From an uncultured Acidobacteriota bacterium (GTDB lineage Bacteria > Acidobacteriota > Terriglobia > UBA7540), in assembly GCA_963804995.1 (NCBI GenBank), contig CAWDSK010000001.1, positions 629,784 through 693,783 on the forward strand: a stretch of 64,000 nt of DNA. Reading direction: 5' to 3'. Of this stretch, positions 51,134-60,539 are shown piece after piece; position 1 is the stretch's first letter; every line of letters starts with the position of its first letter. The translations under genes and the position numbers were made by a program. Under the pieces are notes generated by a model. The model was given only the letters and a program-made list of their open reading frames with translations. It was not told where the DNA came from and did not search any database.

Positions 51134-51346
51134 CTAGTCTGGTATCCCGGTTAATATTTGACAAGGCAGTCCGACCCCCTCACCCCCCAGCCCCTCTGTC
51201 GCCGCGGCGACCGAGGGGAGAGTTAATTCTCTTGCCCTCGCCCCTTTGGGGGAGAGGGTGGCTGGCCGAGGCATTCTCATCAGCCGAGGCCAGACGGGTG
51301 AGGGGGTTCTACCCCTTGTCAAGTCTAACTCGGGACACCACTCTAG
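51134..51346. mobile_element. MITE shell enclosing a CCCTCTCCC-type repeat
   Basis: CTAGTCTGGTATCCCGG.TTAATATTTGACAAGG versus the inverted right end CTAGAGTGGTGTCCCGAGTTAGACTTGACAAGG; interior repeat at about 51174-51306. Confidence 0.65.
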
Positions 51347-51596
51347 CACGGGCCAAGTTGGCGACCATTTGTTACGAAAACATCCTGGGACCAACACATT
51401 ACATAAAAGGCTCATACGCCCCTTTAATCGGCTGATGGGTTCTGAAACTTAAGATGTAGAATTACGCAACACCCTTAAACAGTTCTGTGACAAATGTGAA
51501 TTTGTTTTTGAGTTTTGATATCACGAACCAAGTGGTAACTCTGGCCCCGTTTAGCTTGCCGGCGTGCCTAAGGATTGATCTTGCTCATCAATCGCC

Positions 51597-51992
51597 GTGC
51601 GGGTAAGATATCCTAATGAGGTCGGAAACTTGAAACGCTTGACCTACATTTGGGTTGCGGTCTTCTTCTTGCAGCTTTCAGGGTTGCGAGGGCTATGTGT
51701 TCCCCTTCGCATCGAATCTCACCCTTGCTGCCCTTCGAGCCAGAAGGACACACTTCCGAGTCCTGCCACCTTACCGAATTGCTGCCTGGCTTCAGTCTTG
51801 AACTATCAGGGTTCGACGACAGAGGTTCGGAGCTCTGACTCGCACCTTGAATTGTCCGCAGAGGTCGCGAGCGTGGCTGAATACCCCGAAATTCCACCGC
51901 CCGTTTCCGGCGCCCGCGTAAATCCAGTCTCCTTACCGACGGCCTCTCCACCCTTAAGTCCGCTTTCCAAAACCTGCATGCTTCTGATCTAA
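51597..51992 (+). CDS. Small Cys-containing protein upstream of the metal efflux operon (DUF2946-like)
   Basis: Hydrophobic N-terminus, two CC pairs, C-terminal SPP....TC.LLI. Start uncertain. Confidence 0.5.
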   Translation: MRVRYPNEVGNLKRLTYIWVAVFFLQLSGLRGLCVPLRIESHPCCPSSQKDTLPSPATLPNCCLASVLNYQGSTTEVRSSDSHLELSAEVASVAEYPEIPPPVSGARVNPVSLPTASPPLSPLSKTCMLLI

Positions 51993-52090
51993 AACTCTCC
52001 TTTAGACATTAAGGCACACGTGTCGATTCCCGAACGGACGGGGAATGCGACCGTTGCCCTTTTTCCCTTCTATAAAGACCGGCATAAATT

Positions 52091-52138
52091 GTAGCGGCGT
52101 TCTATGAGCGCCGACCGGCGGTCATAGACCGCCGCTAC
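52091..52138. repeat. GTAG-REP doublet
   Basis: GTAGCGGCGTTCTATGAGCGCCG-AC-CGGCGGTCATAGACCGCCGCTAC. Confidence 0.7.
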
Positions 52139-52223
52139 AGGGTAATCCGCAAGAACTTATGTCGCTCTGTAGTCCTAACCCGCTTGCCCGGTCATGGACT
52201 ATGGCCGGGATGGAGAGTCGATT

Positions 52224-53513
52224 ATGAGATGGCAGAAATCCTTCCTCATGGCTGGTTGTATTTGCCTGATAGCTACAATGGGGGCCTCCGCCCAGTCAGT
52301 CACCGCACCTGCGCCCGCGGCGGCAGCGCCTCCTCTGAGCCTGGCGCAACTGGTCGAGGAAGCCACGGAGCGCAACCCGGAGATTCTGGCGGCGCGTCGG
52401 GCCGCCGAAGCCAAGCATGCCCGAATCCCGCAGGCTGGCGCCTGGCCAGACCCCACGGTCTCTTTGAGTTATGCGGGCAATGTGCTGCCGCCGTTTACGG
52501 TGATGCGCGGCGATCCCTCCAGCGCTCGTCAGTTGATGGCCCAGCAAACCATTCCTTATCCGGGCAAAACGCATCTGCGCACGGAAATTGCCTCGCGTGA
52601 CGCCGACGCTGAGACGCTGGCTTACGAAGCCGTCACGCGGCGAGTGGCGGCGGAGGTCAAGCAGGCGTACTTCGATCTGTCTTATGTCGAGCAGAGCCTC
52701 CTGACTTTGCACAAAGACCGGGCACTCTTGCAGCAATTTGAAAAGGTGGCGGAGATCCGCTACTCAGTCGGCAAGGCGGCGCAGCAGGATGTGCTCCGCG
52801 CGCAGTTGGAGCTGTCGCGGCTGACGGAGCGCGAGACCCTGCTCGAACAGCAGCGGCAAACCCTGGAGGGGCAACTCAACAGCCTGCGCAACTTCCCGGT
52901 CGAAACACCTCTGGGCGAAACCGGGGAAGTGCGGCCCAGCGTGGTGGTCAATACGGAAGACGATCTCCAGGCTGCCGCCCAGGCCAACTACCCCGTGCTG
53001 AAGCAGCGCCGGACGGTTGTGGACGCAAACCGGCTGTCCGTCGACTTGGCCCGCCGCGAGGTCCGCCCCGATTTCAGTGTGGGCTACGCCTACATGCAGC
53101 GCGACGCCCTGCCTGACATGTATGGGATTACCGTTTCCACTTCCCTGCCGGTCTTCCGCCACCGCAAGCAGGGCATGGCGATTGCTGAGGCCGCAGCCAA
53201 CCTCGAATCCGCCCGGCAGATGGAAGCGAGTGAGCTCACCCTGGCGCGCTACCAGGTGAAGCAGAACTTCCTGGAGGTTCAGGCATCCGAACGGCTCCTG
53301 AAACTTTACTCGGAGGGAATCGTTCCGCAGTCGTCCCTGGCGCTCGAATCCTCGCTTTCGAGCTACGAAACGGGCAGCGTGGATTTCCTGAATGTGCTCA
53401 GCAACTTCCTGGTGGTGCTCGACACTGAGCTCGACTACCGCCATCAGATATCGGACCACGAAAAGGCGCTGGCGCGCCTGGAAGAAGTCACGGGATTGAA
53501 TTTGATCCAGTAA
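52224..53513 (+). CDS. TolC/CusC-like outer membrane efflux protein
   Basis: Signal peptide, NPEI.AAR, YSVGK..QQDVLRAQ, YETG..DFL.VL. Confidence 0.88.
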   Translation: MRWQKSFLMAGCICLIATMGASAQSVTAPAPAAAAPPLSLAQLVEEATERNPEILAARRAAEAKHARIPQAGAWPDPTVSLSYAGNVLPPFTVMRGDPSSARQLMAQQTIPYPGKTHLRTEIASRDADAETLAYEAVTRRVAAEVKQAYFDLSYVEQSLLTLHKDRALLQQFEKVAEIRYSVGKAAQQDVLRAQLELSRLTERETLLEQQRQTLEGQLNSLRNFPVETPLGETGEVRPSVVVNTEDDLQAAAQANYPVLKQRRTVVDANRLSVDLARREVRPDFSVGYAYMQRDALPDMYGITVSTSLPVFRHRKQGMAIAEAAANLESARQMEASELTLARYQVKQNFLEVQASERLLKLYSEGIVPQSSLALESSLSSYETGSVDFLNVLSNFLVVLDTELDYRHQISDHEKALARLEEVTGLNLIQ

Positions 53514-53525
53514 GGAGAGGTCATC

Positions 53526-54923
53526 ATGAAGCAGAAGCAAAGAATTCAGGTGGTATTGATCGGCGCCGTCTCGGCGCTGCTGGCCGCCGCTACGCTTGTG
53601 GCCGGAGAACCCGGCTGGCGCTTGAACTCCCGGCATCGCCGGGTGGCAGCGCCCTTCGAGCCCGCGTATAACGCTCAAGCTCGGGACCTGGCGAAGCCCG
53701 CGGAGCCCAGAATTCTCTATTACCAGGACCCTATGCATCCCTGGTACCACTCGGACAAACCAGGTTTCGCTCCGGACTGCGGCATGAAGCTCGTGCCGAT
53801 TTACGCCTCTGATACCACCACGCCGGCCCTCTCGCCCGGGAGCGTGGAAATCAGTCCCGCACGGCAGCAGTTGATGGGAGTCGAGACCGCGCGCGCCGAG
53901 TATCGCACGCTCGCGAGGACCCTGCGGGCCGTGGGCCAGGTGGCCATCGACGAGACGCGCCTGGTGAACGTCCATGTCAAGACCAGCGGCTGGATCGAAA
54001 AGGTTTTCGTGAATTACACGTGGCAGCAGGTGAAGCAGGGTGAACCTCTGTTCACCTACTACAGTCCTGACCTGGTGGCCACGGAGCAGGAGTATCTGCT
54101 GGCCTTGCGGGCGCGCGATTCACTGGCGGGCAGCTCCTTCCCGGAAGTCGCGGCGGGAGGGGCAACGCTTCTTGAAGCGGCGCGGCGGCGCCTGGAACTC
54201 TGGGATTTGACCGATGCCCAGATTCACCAATTGGAAACCGAGGGCAAGCCGGAACACAACATCATTATCTATGCCCCTGCCGATGGCTACGTTCTGGAGC
54301 GCAAAGCTTATCCGAATCAATACGTCACTCCCGAGACAGAGATTTACAAACTAGTGGACCTCAGCACCGTCTGGGCGCAGGGAGACATTTACGAATCCGA
54401 CGCGTCGGCCGTCAGCGTGGGGCAGGAAGCCGTGCTTACCTCGGAAGCGCTTCCGAATCTCGCCTTGCGTGGAAAGCTCACTTTTATCAACCCGGACGTC
54501 AAGCCGGACACGCGCACCCTTACCGTGCGCATGGAGTTTCCCAACCCCGAACTAAAACTCAAGCCGGGAATGTTTGTGAACCTCGAACTGCACCGCGGCC
54601 TCGGGCAGAGCCTGACGGTGCCCATCGATGCCGTGCTGGATTCCGGCCAGCACCAGCGGGTGTTCATCGACCGGGGCAATGGCGTCTTTGAGCCGCGGGA
54701 GGTGAAGGTCGGGGCGCGCACGGGTGATTACGCCGTCATCCTCGGCGGCATCCGGGCCGGCGAGCGCGTCGTGACCCGTGCGAACTTCCTGATTGATTCG
54801 GAGAGCAACCTTCGTGAGTCGCTGGCCGGAATGGAACCGGGTGAGGCCGCTTCAGGCGCCCACGCCGGCCATGCGGCGCCGCCGGAGAAGATGACCATAC
54901 CTATGGCGGGTCATGGCCACTGA
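53526..54923 (+). CDS. cusB: CusB-like RND periplasmic adaptor with heavy-metal-binding domain
   Basis: YYQDPMHP..SDKPG.APDCGMKLVP, YSPDLV..EQEYL, LKPGMF, FLIDSES, His/Met tail. Confidence 0.88.
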   Translation: MKQKQRIQVVLIGAVSALLAAATLVAGEPGWRLNSRHRRVAAPFEPAYNAQARDLAKPAEPRILYYQDPMHPWYHSDKPGFAPDCGMKLVPIYASDTTTPALSPGSVEISPARQQLMGVETARAEYRTLARTLRAVGQVAIDETRLVNVHVKTSGWIEKVFVNYTWQQVKQGEPLFTYYSPDLVATEQEYLLALRARDSLAGSSFPEVAAGGATLLEAARRRLELWDLTDAQIHQLETEGKPEHNIIIYAPADGYVLERKAYPNQYVTPETEIYKLVDLSTVWAQGDIYESDASAVSVGQEAVLTSEALPNLALRGKLTFINPDVKPDTRTLTVRMEFPNPELKLKPGMFVNLELHRGLGQSLTVPIDAVLDSGQHQRVFIDRGNGVFEPREVKVGARTGDYAVILGGIRAGERVVTRANFLIDSESNLRESLAGMEPGEAASGAHAGHAAPPEKMTIPMAGHGH

Positions 54924-54943
54924 GCTGAGTGGGTTTCGAATCC

Positions 54944-55077
54944 ACCCCCTCACCCGGCCCGCCCCGGCTGGAGAAAGCGCCGGTTGCGGTCCACCCTCTC
55001 CCCCAAAGGGGCGAGGGCTAAATTCAAATCAACTCTCCCCTCGCCCCTTTGGGGGAGAGGGGCCGGGGGGAGGGGGT
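54944..55077. repeat. CCCTCTCCC/GGGAGAGGG palindromic repeat between cusB and cusA
   Basis: Near-identical to 49715-49850; partial copies at about 32561-32615 and 1704-1727. Confidence 0.8.
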
Positions 55078-55103
55078 CACAACCCGGACTGGAGCAGCAA
55101 GTC

Positions 55104-58100
55104 ATGATTCATCGCATCATTGATTTTTCAGCGCGAAACAAATTCCTGGTCTTCCTCCTCGTGGGAGTTGCCGTGGTGGGCGGCTGGTGGTCGCTCCATA
55201 ACGTGCCGCTGGACGCGATTCCGGATCTTTCCGACACGCAGGTCATCATCTACTCACGTTGGGACCGCAGCCCCGACATCATGGAAGACCAGGTCACTTA
55301 TCCCATCATCACGGCGCTGCTGGGCGCGCCGCAGGTCAAGGACATCCGCGGGTTCTCCGATTTTGGCTACTCCTACGTGTACATAATTTTCGACGAAGGG
55401 ACAGACATCTACTGGGCGCGCTCGCGGACGCTGGAGTATCTCTCCAAAATCACGCCCCGCCTCCCCTCCGGCGTGCAGACGGAGCTGGGGCCTGACGCCA
55501 CCTCCATCGGCTGGGTATTTCAATACGCGCTGGTGGATACCACGGGAAAGCAAAGCCTGGACTCGCTGCGTTCGTATCAAGACTGGTACCTGCGCTATTA
55601 CCTCGAGAGCGTTCCCGGCGTGGCGGAAGTGGCGCCCATCGGAGGGTTGGTGCGCCAGTACCAGATTCAAGTCGATCCCAACCAGCTCGCGGCTTACAAG
55701 ATTCCCCTGACGAAGGTTGTGGAAGCGGTTCGCCAGGGCAACAACGATGTGGGCGGGCGTCTGGTGGAATTTTCGAATCGCGAGTTCATGGTGCGCGGCC
55801 GGGGGTATGCGCGCTCACTTGACGACCTTCGGAGCATCGTGGTGGGTGGCGATCCTCGGGCGGGGGTGCCCATCACGGTGAAGGACATTGGCCAGGTCAC
55901 GCTGGGACCTGACATTCGCCGCGGGATTGCGGACCTGGACGGGAAGGGCGATTCGGTGGGTGGAGTGGTGATCATGCGTTCCGGCGAAAACGCGTTGAGC
56001 GTGATTGAACGGGTAAAAATGAAACTCGATCAGATCCAACCTTCCCTGCCGCCCGGAGTGAAAGTTGTTTCCACCTATGACCGGTCTGACCTCATCCTGC
56101 GCTCGATTGACACACTGAAACATACGCTTTTCGAAGAAATCGCCATCGTCAGCCTGGTGATTCTTATCTTCCTCTGGCACATCCCCAGCGCCTTGATTCC
56201 GATTTTGACCATACCGATTACGGTTCTGATTGCCTTCGTGCCGATGAAAGCGATTGGAGTGACTTCCAACATCATGTCGCTCGGAGGAATCGCCATTGCC
56301 ATCGGGGCCATGGTGGATGCGGCGATCGTGGTGGTGGAACAAACGCACAAGAAGTTGGAAATCTGGGAAGCAGGTGGCCGCCAACGTGACTATCACGCTG
56401 TGGTCATCGAGGCGATCCAGGAAGTCGCGCCGGCAAGCTTCTTTTCGCTGCTGGTCATCGCGGTTTCGTTTATGCCCATCTTCGCGCTGGAAGCGCAGGA
56501 AGGAAGACTCTTCAAACCGCTCGCCTTCACCAAAAACTTTTCCATGGCCATCGCGGCCGTGTTAGCGATCACCCTGGACCCCGCCATGCGGCTGTTTTTC
56601 ACCCATGCCACGGAGTTTAGCTTCCGCCCGCGTTTTTTGGCCCGCATTGTGAACGCCGTCCTGGTGGGGAAAATCCACCCGGAAGAGACGCACCCCATCA
56701 GCCGAGTGCTGATCAAGTTGTATCGCCCGGTTGTGGAAATGGCCGTGCGCCTGCGTTGGGTGGTGATCGCTGTGGCCATTGCCACCGTGGTGCTGACGGT
56801 TCCGGTCTTCCAGCGGTTGGGCTCGGAATTCATGCCGCCGCTCAACGAAGGCACATTGCTCTACATGCCTACCACGCTACCGGGAATCTCGCTGGCGGAA
56901 GCGCAGCGGCTGTTGCAAATCCAGGACCGCCTGCTGAAGACATTTCCGGAAGTCGAGCGGGTATTCGGGAAGGCCGGGCGCGCGGAGACCTCCACTGACC
57001 CCGCGCCACTTTCGATGGTGGAGACTACCGTCCTCTTGAAGCCGCAGAGCCAATGGCGGAAGAAGCCGCAGTGGTACTCGGATCGCGCTCCGGAGTGGTT
57101 GCAGAAATATCTGCGCCACATCTGGCCCGACCGCATTTCGCAGGACGACCTGGTGGAGGAGATGGACCGCGCCCTGCGCATCCCCGGCACCACCAACGCC
57201 TGGACCATGCCCATTCGCAATCGCGTGGACATGCTCACCACCGGCGTGCGCACCCCCGTCGGCATCAAGGTGCTGGGCGCCGACCTCAACACGATCCAAA
57301 AGATTGGCGAGGAGATTGAACACACCCTGGCGAAAGTGCCGGGCACCCGCAGCGTCTACGCCGAGCGCGTGGGCGGCGGTTATTTCCTGGATTTCAATCT
57401 ACGGCGCGACCAACTGGCGCGCTACGGGCTGACCGTGGACGACGTTGAGGCTTATATCATGTCGGGAGTGGGCGGCGAGAACGTCACCACTACGGTCGAG
57501 GGACGGGAGCGGTATGCCGTGAACGTCCGCTATCTGCGCGACTACCGTAGCGACCTGGGCGCGCTCGAACGCGTGCTGGTGGCCACGCCCTCCGGAGCGC
57601 AAATCCCCATCAGCCAGCTTGCCGACATCCGCCTGACGGAAGGACCCAGCATGATCCGCGACGAGAACGGATTGCTGAGCGGATACGTTTACGTCAACGT
57701 CGCGGGACGCGACCTGGGGAGCTATGTGGAGGAAGCGCAGCGCCTGGTGCGCGGCCAGGTGGAATCGCACTTGCCACCAGGGTACAGCTTGAGCTGGAGC
57801 GGCCAATACGAATTCCTCCAGCGCATGCGCGAACGGCTGAAGCTGGTGGTGCCCATCACCATTTTCCTGGTTTTCATTTTGCTCTATCTCAACACGCGCT
57901 CGGTGGTGAAGACGCTGATCGTTTTCGCGGCCGTCCCGTTCTCGGCGGTCGGGGCCATCTGGCTGCTGCACTGGCTGGGTTACAACATGAGCATCGCGGT
58001 CTGGGTGGGCTTAATCGCCTTGATGGGTGTGGATGCGGAGACCGGCGTCTTCATGCTGCTCTATCTTGACCTCGCTTACGAGGGCTGGAAACAAGCCGGG

Positions 58101-58376
58101 TTGCTCACCAACTGGGAAGGTCTGAAGGATGCCATCGTGCACGGCGCAGCCATGCGCGTCCGCCCCAAGGTCATGACCGTAGGGTGCATGTTCATGGGCC
58201 TCTTCCCCATCATGTGGTCCACGGGCACGGGCGCGGACGTGATGAAACGCATAGCCGCGCCCATGGTCGGCGGCATTTTCACTTCGTTCCTTCTGGAGCT
58301 GCTGGTCTATCCCGCCATCTACGCGCTTTGGAAATGGAATTTTGAGTTGCGGCCCGCCTTGCGGGCGGTAAAATAA
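55104..58376 (+). CDS. cusA: CusA/SilA-type heavy-metal RND transporter
   Basis: LDAIPDLSDTQVII, GPDAT..GW, SEFMPPLNEG.LLYMP, DPAPLSM.ET, RIAAPMVGG. Confidence 0.95.
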   Translation: MIHRIIDFSARNKFLVFLLVGVAVVGGWWSLHNVPLDAIPDLSDTQVIIYSRWDRSPDIMEDQVTYPIITALLGAPQVKDIRGFSDFGYSYVYIIFDEGTDIYWARSRTLEYLSKITPRLPSGVQTELGPDATSIGWVFQYALVDTTGKQSLDSLRSYQDWYLRYYLESVPGVAEVAPIGGLVRQYQIQVDPNQLAAYKIPLTKVVEAVRQGNNDVGGRLVEFSNREFMVRGRGYARSLDDLRSIVVGGDPRAGVPITVKDIGQVTLGPDIRRGIADLDGKGDSVGGVVIMRSGENALSVIERVKMKLDQIQPSLPPGVKVVSTYDRSDLILRSIDTLKHTLFEEIAIVSLVILIFLWHIPSALIPILTIPITVLIAFVPMKAIGVTSNIMSLGGIAIAIGAMVDAAIVVVEQTHKKLEIWEAGGRQRDYHAVVIEAIQEVAPASFFSLLVIAVSFMPIFALEAQEGRLFKPLAFTKNFSMAIAAVLAITLDPAMRLFFTHATEFSFRPRFLARIVNAVLVGKIHPEETHPISRVLIKLYRPVVEMAVRLRWVVIAVAIATVVLTVPVFQRLGSEFMPPLNEGTLLYMPTTLPGISLAEAQRLLQIQDRLLKTFPEVERVFGKAGRAETSTDPAPLSMVETTVLLKPQSQWRKKPQWYSDRAPEWLQKYLRHIWPDRISQDDLVEEMDRALRIPGTTNAWTMPIRNRVDMLTTGVRTPVGIKVLGADLNTIQKIGEEIEHTLAKVPGTRSVYAERVGGGYFLDFNLRRDQLARYGLTVDDVEAYIMSGVGGENVTTTVEGRERYAVNVRYLRDYRSDLGALERVLVATPSGAQIPISQLADIRLTEGPSMIRDENGLLSGYVYVNVAGRDLGSYVEEAQRLVRGQVESHLPPGYSLSWSGQYEFLQRMRERLKLVVPITIFLVFILLYLNTRSVVKTLIVFAAVPFSAVGAIWLLHWLGYNMSIAVWVGLIALMGVDAETGVFMLLYLDLAYEGWKQAGLLTNWEGLKDAIVHGAAMRVRPKVMTVGCMFMGLFPIMWSTGTGADVMKRIAAPMVGGIFTSFLLELLVYPAIYALWKWNFELRPALRAVK

Positions 58377-58429
58377 TAATGTAGGGCTGATGGTTTAAAA
58401 CCATCCTCTCGAACTATCCGGGGAGGACG

Positions 58430-58936
58430 ATGATGAAGAGGCGTGAAGTCCTCGTGACGCTGGCGGCGCTGGCGGCTATCGCTCTCACGAGCATTTGGGC
58501 TTATCGCTCTGAACAGAGGCACGAGACGGCGGGGATGTGTCCTTTCTGCGACCGCATGGTACATCCGGCCACGTCTTACCGGTTGAAGGTTGGCGATCGC
58601 ACCTTGGTGGTCTGCTGCCCGCGCTGCGGAATGCATGCCCAGGTAAATCAAACGCTGGGAAAGCCGGGCGCGGCCTGGGCCACCGACGTCAATAGCGGCG
58701 AGAGTGTCCCTGCAGAATCCGCCGTCTATGTGGAAGGTGGCAACCTCCAATACTGCACGCACGGTGCTCGGCCGGTTGAGCGCGAACCCCATGGGGTCTC
58801 CGTACGCGAGTACGATCGCTGCCTGCCGACGCTCGTCGCGTTCAAGACGCAGCAGGAAGCTGAGGCGTACGAGCAAGAGCACGGCGGCCGCACTCTGAGC
58901 TTCGAGCAGGCCCTCGCAAGTGTGAAAGCGCAGTGA
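58430..58936 (+). CDS. NosL/TRASH-like metal-binding exported protein
   Basis: TM anchor, CPFCDR, CCPRCG, LVAFKT..EA..Y..EHGG..L.F. Confidence 0.6.
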   Translation: MMKRREVLVTLAALAAIALTSIWAYRSEQRHETAGMCPFCDRMVHPATSYRLKVGDRTLVVCCPRCGMHAQVNQTLGKPGAAWATDVNSGESVPAESAVYVEGGNLQYCTHGARPVEREPHGVSVREYDRCLPTLVAFKTQQEAEAYEQEHGGRTLSFEQALASVKAQ

Positions 58937-59014
58937 GACCTCCGCAGTATCCCTTCCTTGCCTTGACGATGCACGCCGCGCGTAATAGACTCACAGGGCT
59001 TCAGGAGGTATTAC

Positions 59015-60208
59015 ATGACCACGTCAGCTCAAACTGAGCGGATTCATAAGGCAATCGACACGTTTGTAATCGAACTCCCTTCCTGGGGGTTTGCGAACAC
59101 CGGCACGCGTTTTGGAAAATTCATTCAGGCTGCTGCCGCCACCACGATGGAAGAAAAATTGAGTGATGCGGGGCAGGTGCATCACTATACAGGCTGCTGT
59201 CCCACGGTAGCCACGCACGTCCTCTGGGATTTTCCCAAAGGCCTCGCGAGCACAGCCGAGGTGATGGCCTCCGCGAAGAAAGCCGGGGTGCGCATCGGCT
59301 CGATTAATCCCAACGTCTTTCAGGACCAGATTTACAAGAACGGGTCGCTGGGCAATCCTGACCCGGAGATTCGCAAGGCGGCGCTCCATCACATTCTGGA
59401 TTGCGTCGAAATCGGCAAGCAGACGGGCAGCCGCAACGTCTCTCCCTGGTTTGCGGACGGCTCAAGCTTCCCCGGCTCGGCCTCGATTCGCGCCCGGAAG
59501 AAATGGTTTGAAGAAGGCCTGCGCGAGGTTCATAACCACCTCTCCCCGAAGCAGCGCCTGCTGGTGGAATACAAACCTTTCGAGCCTTATTCCTACCACA
59601 TGGACTTGGGCGATTGGGGCATGGCAATCCTTCTCTCGCGTTACGCGGGGCCGCAAGCGCGCGTCCTCGTCGATACGGGGCACCATTACCAGGCGCAGAA
59701 CATTGAGCAGATTGTGGCCTGGCTTCTGAGTGAAGACATGCTGGGCGGTTTTCATTTCAATGACCGCCGCTACGCCGACGACAACCTGACCCTGGGCTCG
59801 ATTGACCCTTACCAGGTCTTCCGCATTTTCAACGAAATCATCGGCTTTGAATGGGAGACGGGCCGGCGCGCCGACATCGCCTACATGATCGACCAGAGCC
59901 ACAACCTGAAAAACAAAATCGAGGAGATGGTCCAGACCGCGGTGACTGCGCAGGAGCTGTACGCCAAAGCGGTGCTGGTGGATCACGAAAAACTGGCCGG
60001 TTACCAGGCAAAGGGTGAATTGATTGACGCCGAGGAGTGCCTGAAGCAGGCCTTCTCGACGGACGTGCGTCCGGCGCTGCGCGAGTGGCGGCGTGGCAAA
60101 GGCTTGCCTGAGGATCCCCTCCAGGCGTTCCGCGCCTCCGGGTATTTGGAGCGGGCGGCACGCGAACGTGGGGTGAAAAACCAGGGCGCGGTGGCGAGCT
60201 ACGCGTGA
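59015..60208 (+). CDS. L-rhamnose isomerase (RhaI type)
   Basis: IELPSWGFANTGTRF, WFADG, VEYKPFEP, VDTGHH, GGFHFND, YMIDQSHN. Confidence 0.88.
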   Translation: MTTSAQTERIHKAIDTFVIELPSWGFANTGTRFGKFIQAAAATTMEEKLSDAGQVHHYTGCCPTVATHVLWDFPKGLASTAEVMASAKKAGVRIGSINPNVFQDQIYKNGSLGNPDPEIRKAALHHILDCVEIGKQTGSRNVSPWFADGSSFPGSASIRARKKWFEEGLREVHNHLSPKQRLLVEYKPFEPYSYHMDLGDWGMAILLSRYAGPQARVLVDTGHHYQAQNIEQIVAWLLSEDMLGGFHFNDRRYADDNLTLGSIDPYQVFRIFNEIIGFEWETGRRADIAYMIDQSHNLKNKIEEMVQTAVTAQELYAKAVLVDHEKLAGYQAKGELIDAEECLKQAFSTDVRPALREWRRGKGLPEDPLQAFRASGYLERAARERGVKNQGAVASYA

Positions 60209-60539
60209 TTTTCGATTGACGATTGGCGAAGGGACGCCCGATGGGGCGTCGGGGTAGGGTTTGCCCTACCCTCCTCAGCCGCATAACATCCAGGGGAAAG
60301 CAAGTCGTCCCAACTTCACCCGCCGTGTTCGACGGACTGGGTTGGGTCAGGTTACCTTTCCCTACTGTTTCCTTTTGGGCTAAATTAAATTGACAGCCAT
60401 TGAGCGTAACGCCCCGATGTATCGGGGCGGGTTTTCCGTGATGGCCAATCGGAAGCCGCGGACCTGCGATACGCCCACGCTAAACTGGCTGCAATCACAA
60501 TTCACCAATCGCAAATCGCCAAACGGGAAGGGACCACGG

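Noticed and set aside
54984..55103. N-terminal extension of CusA given by the ORF track
   Set aside because: It is read-through of the palindromic repeat; ATG 55104 has an RBS and a typical CusA start.
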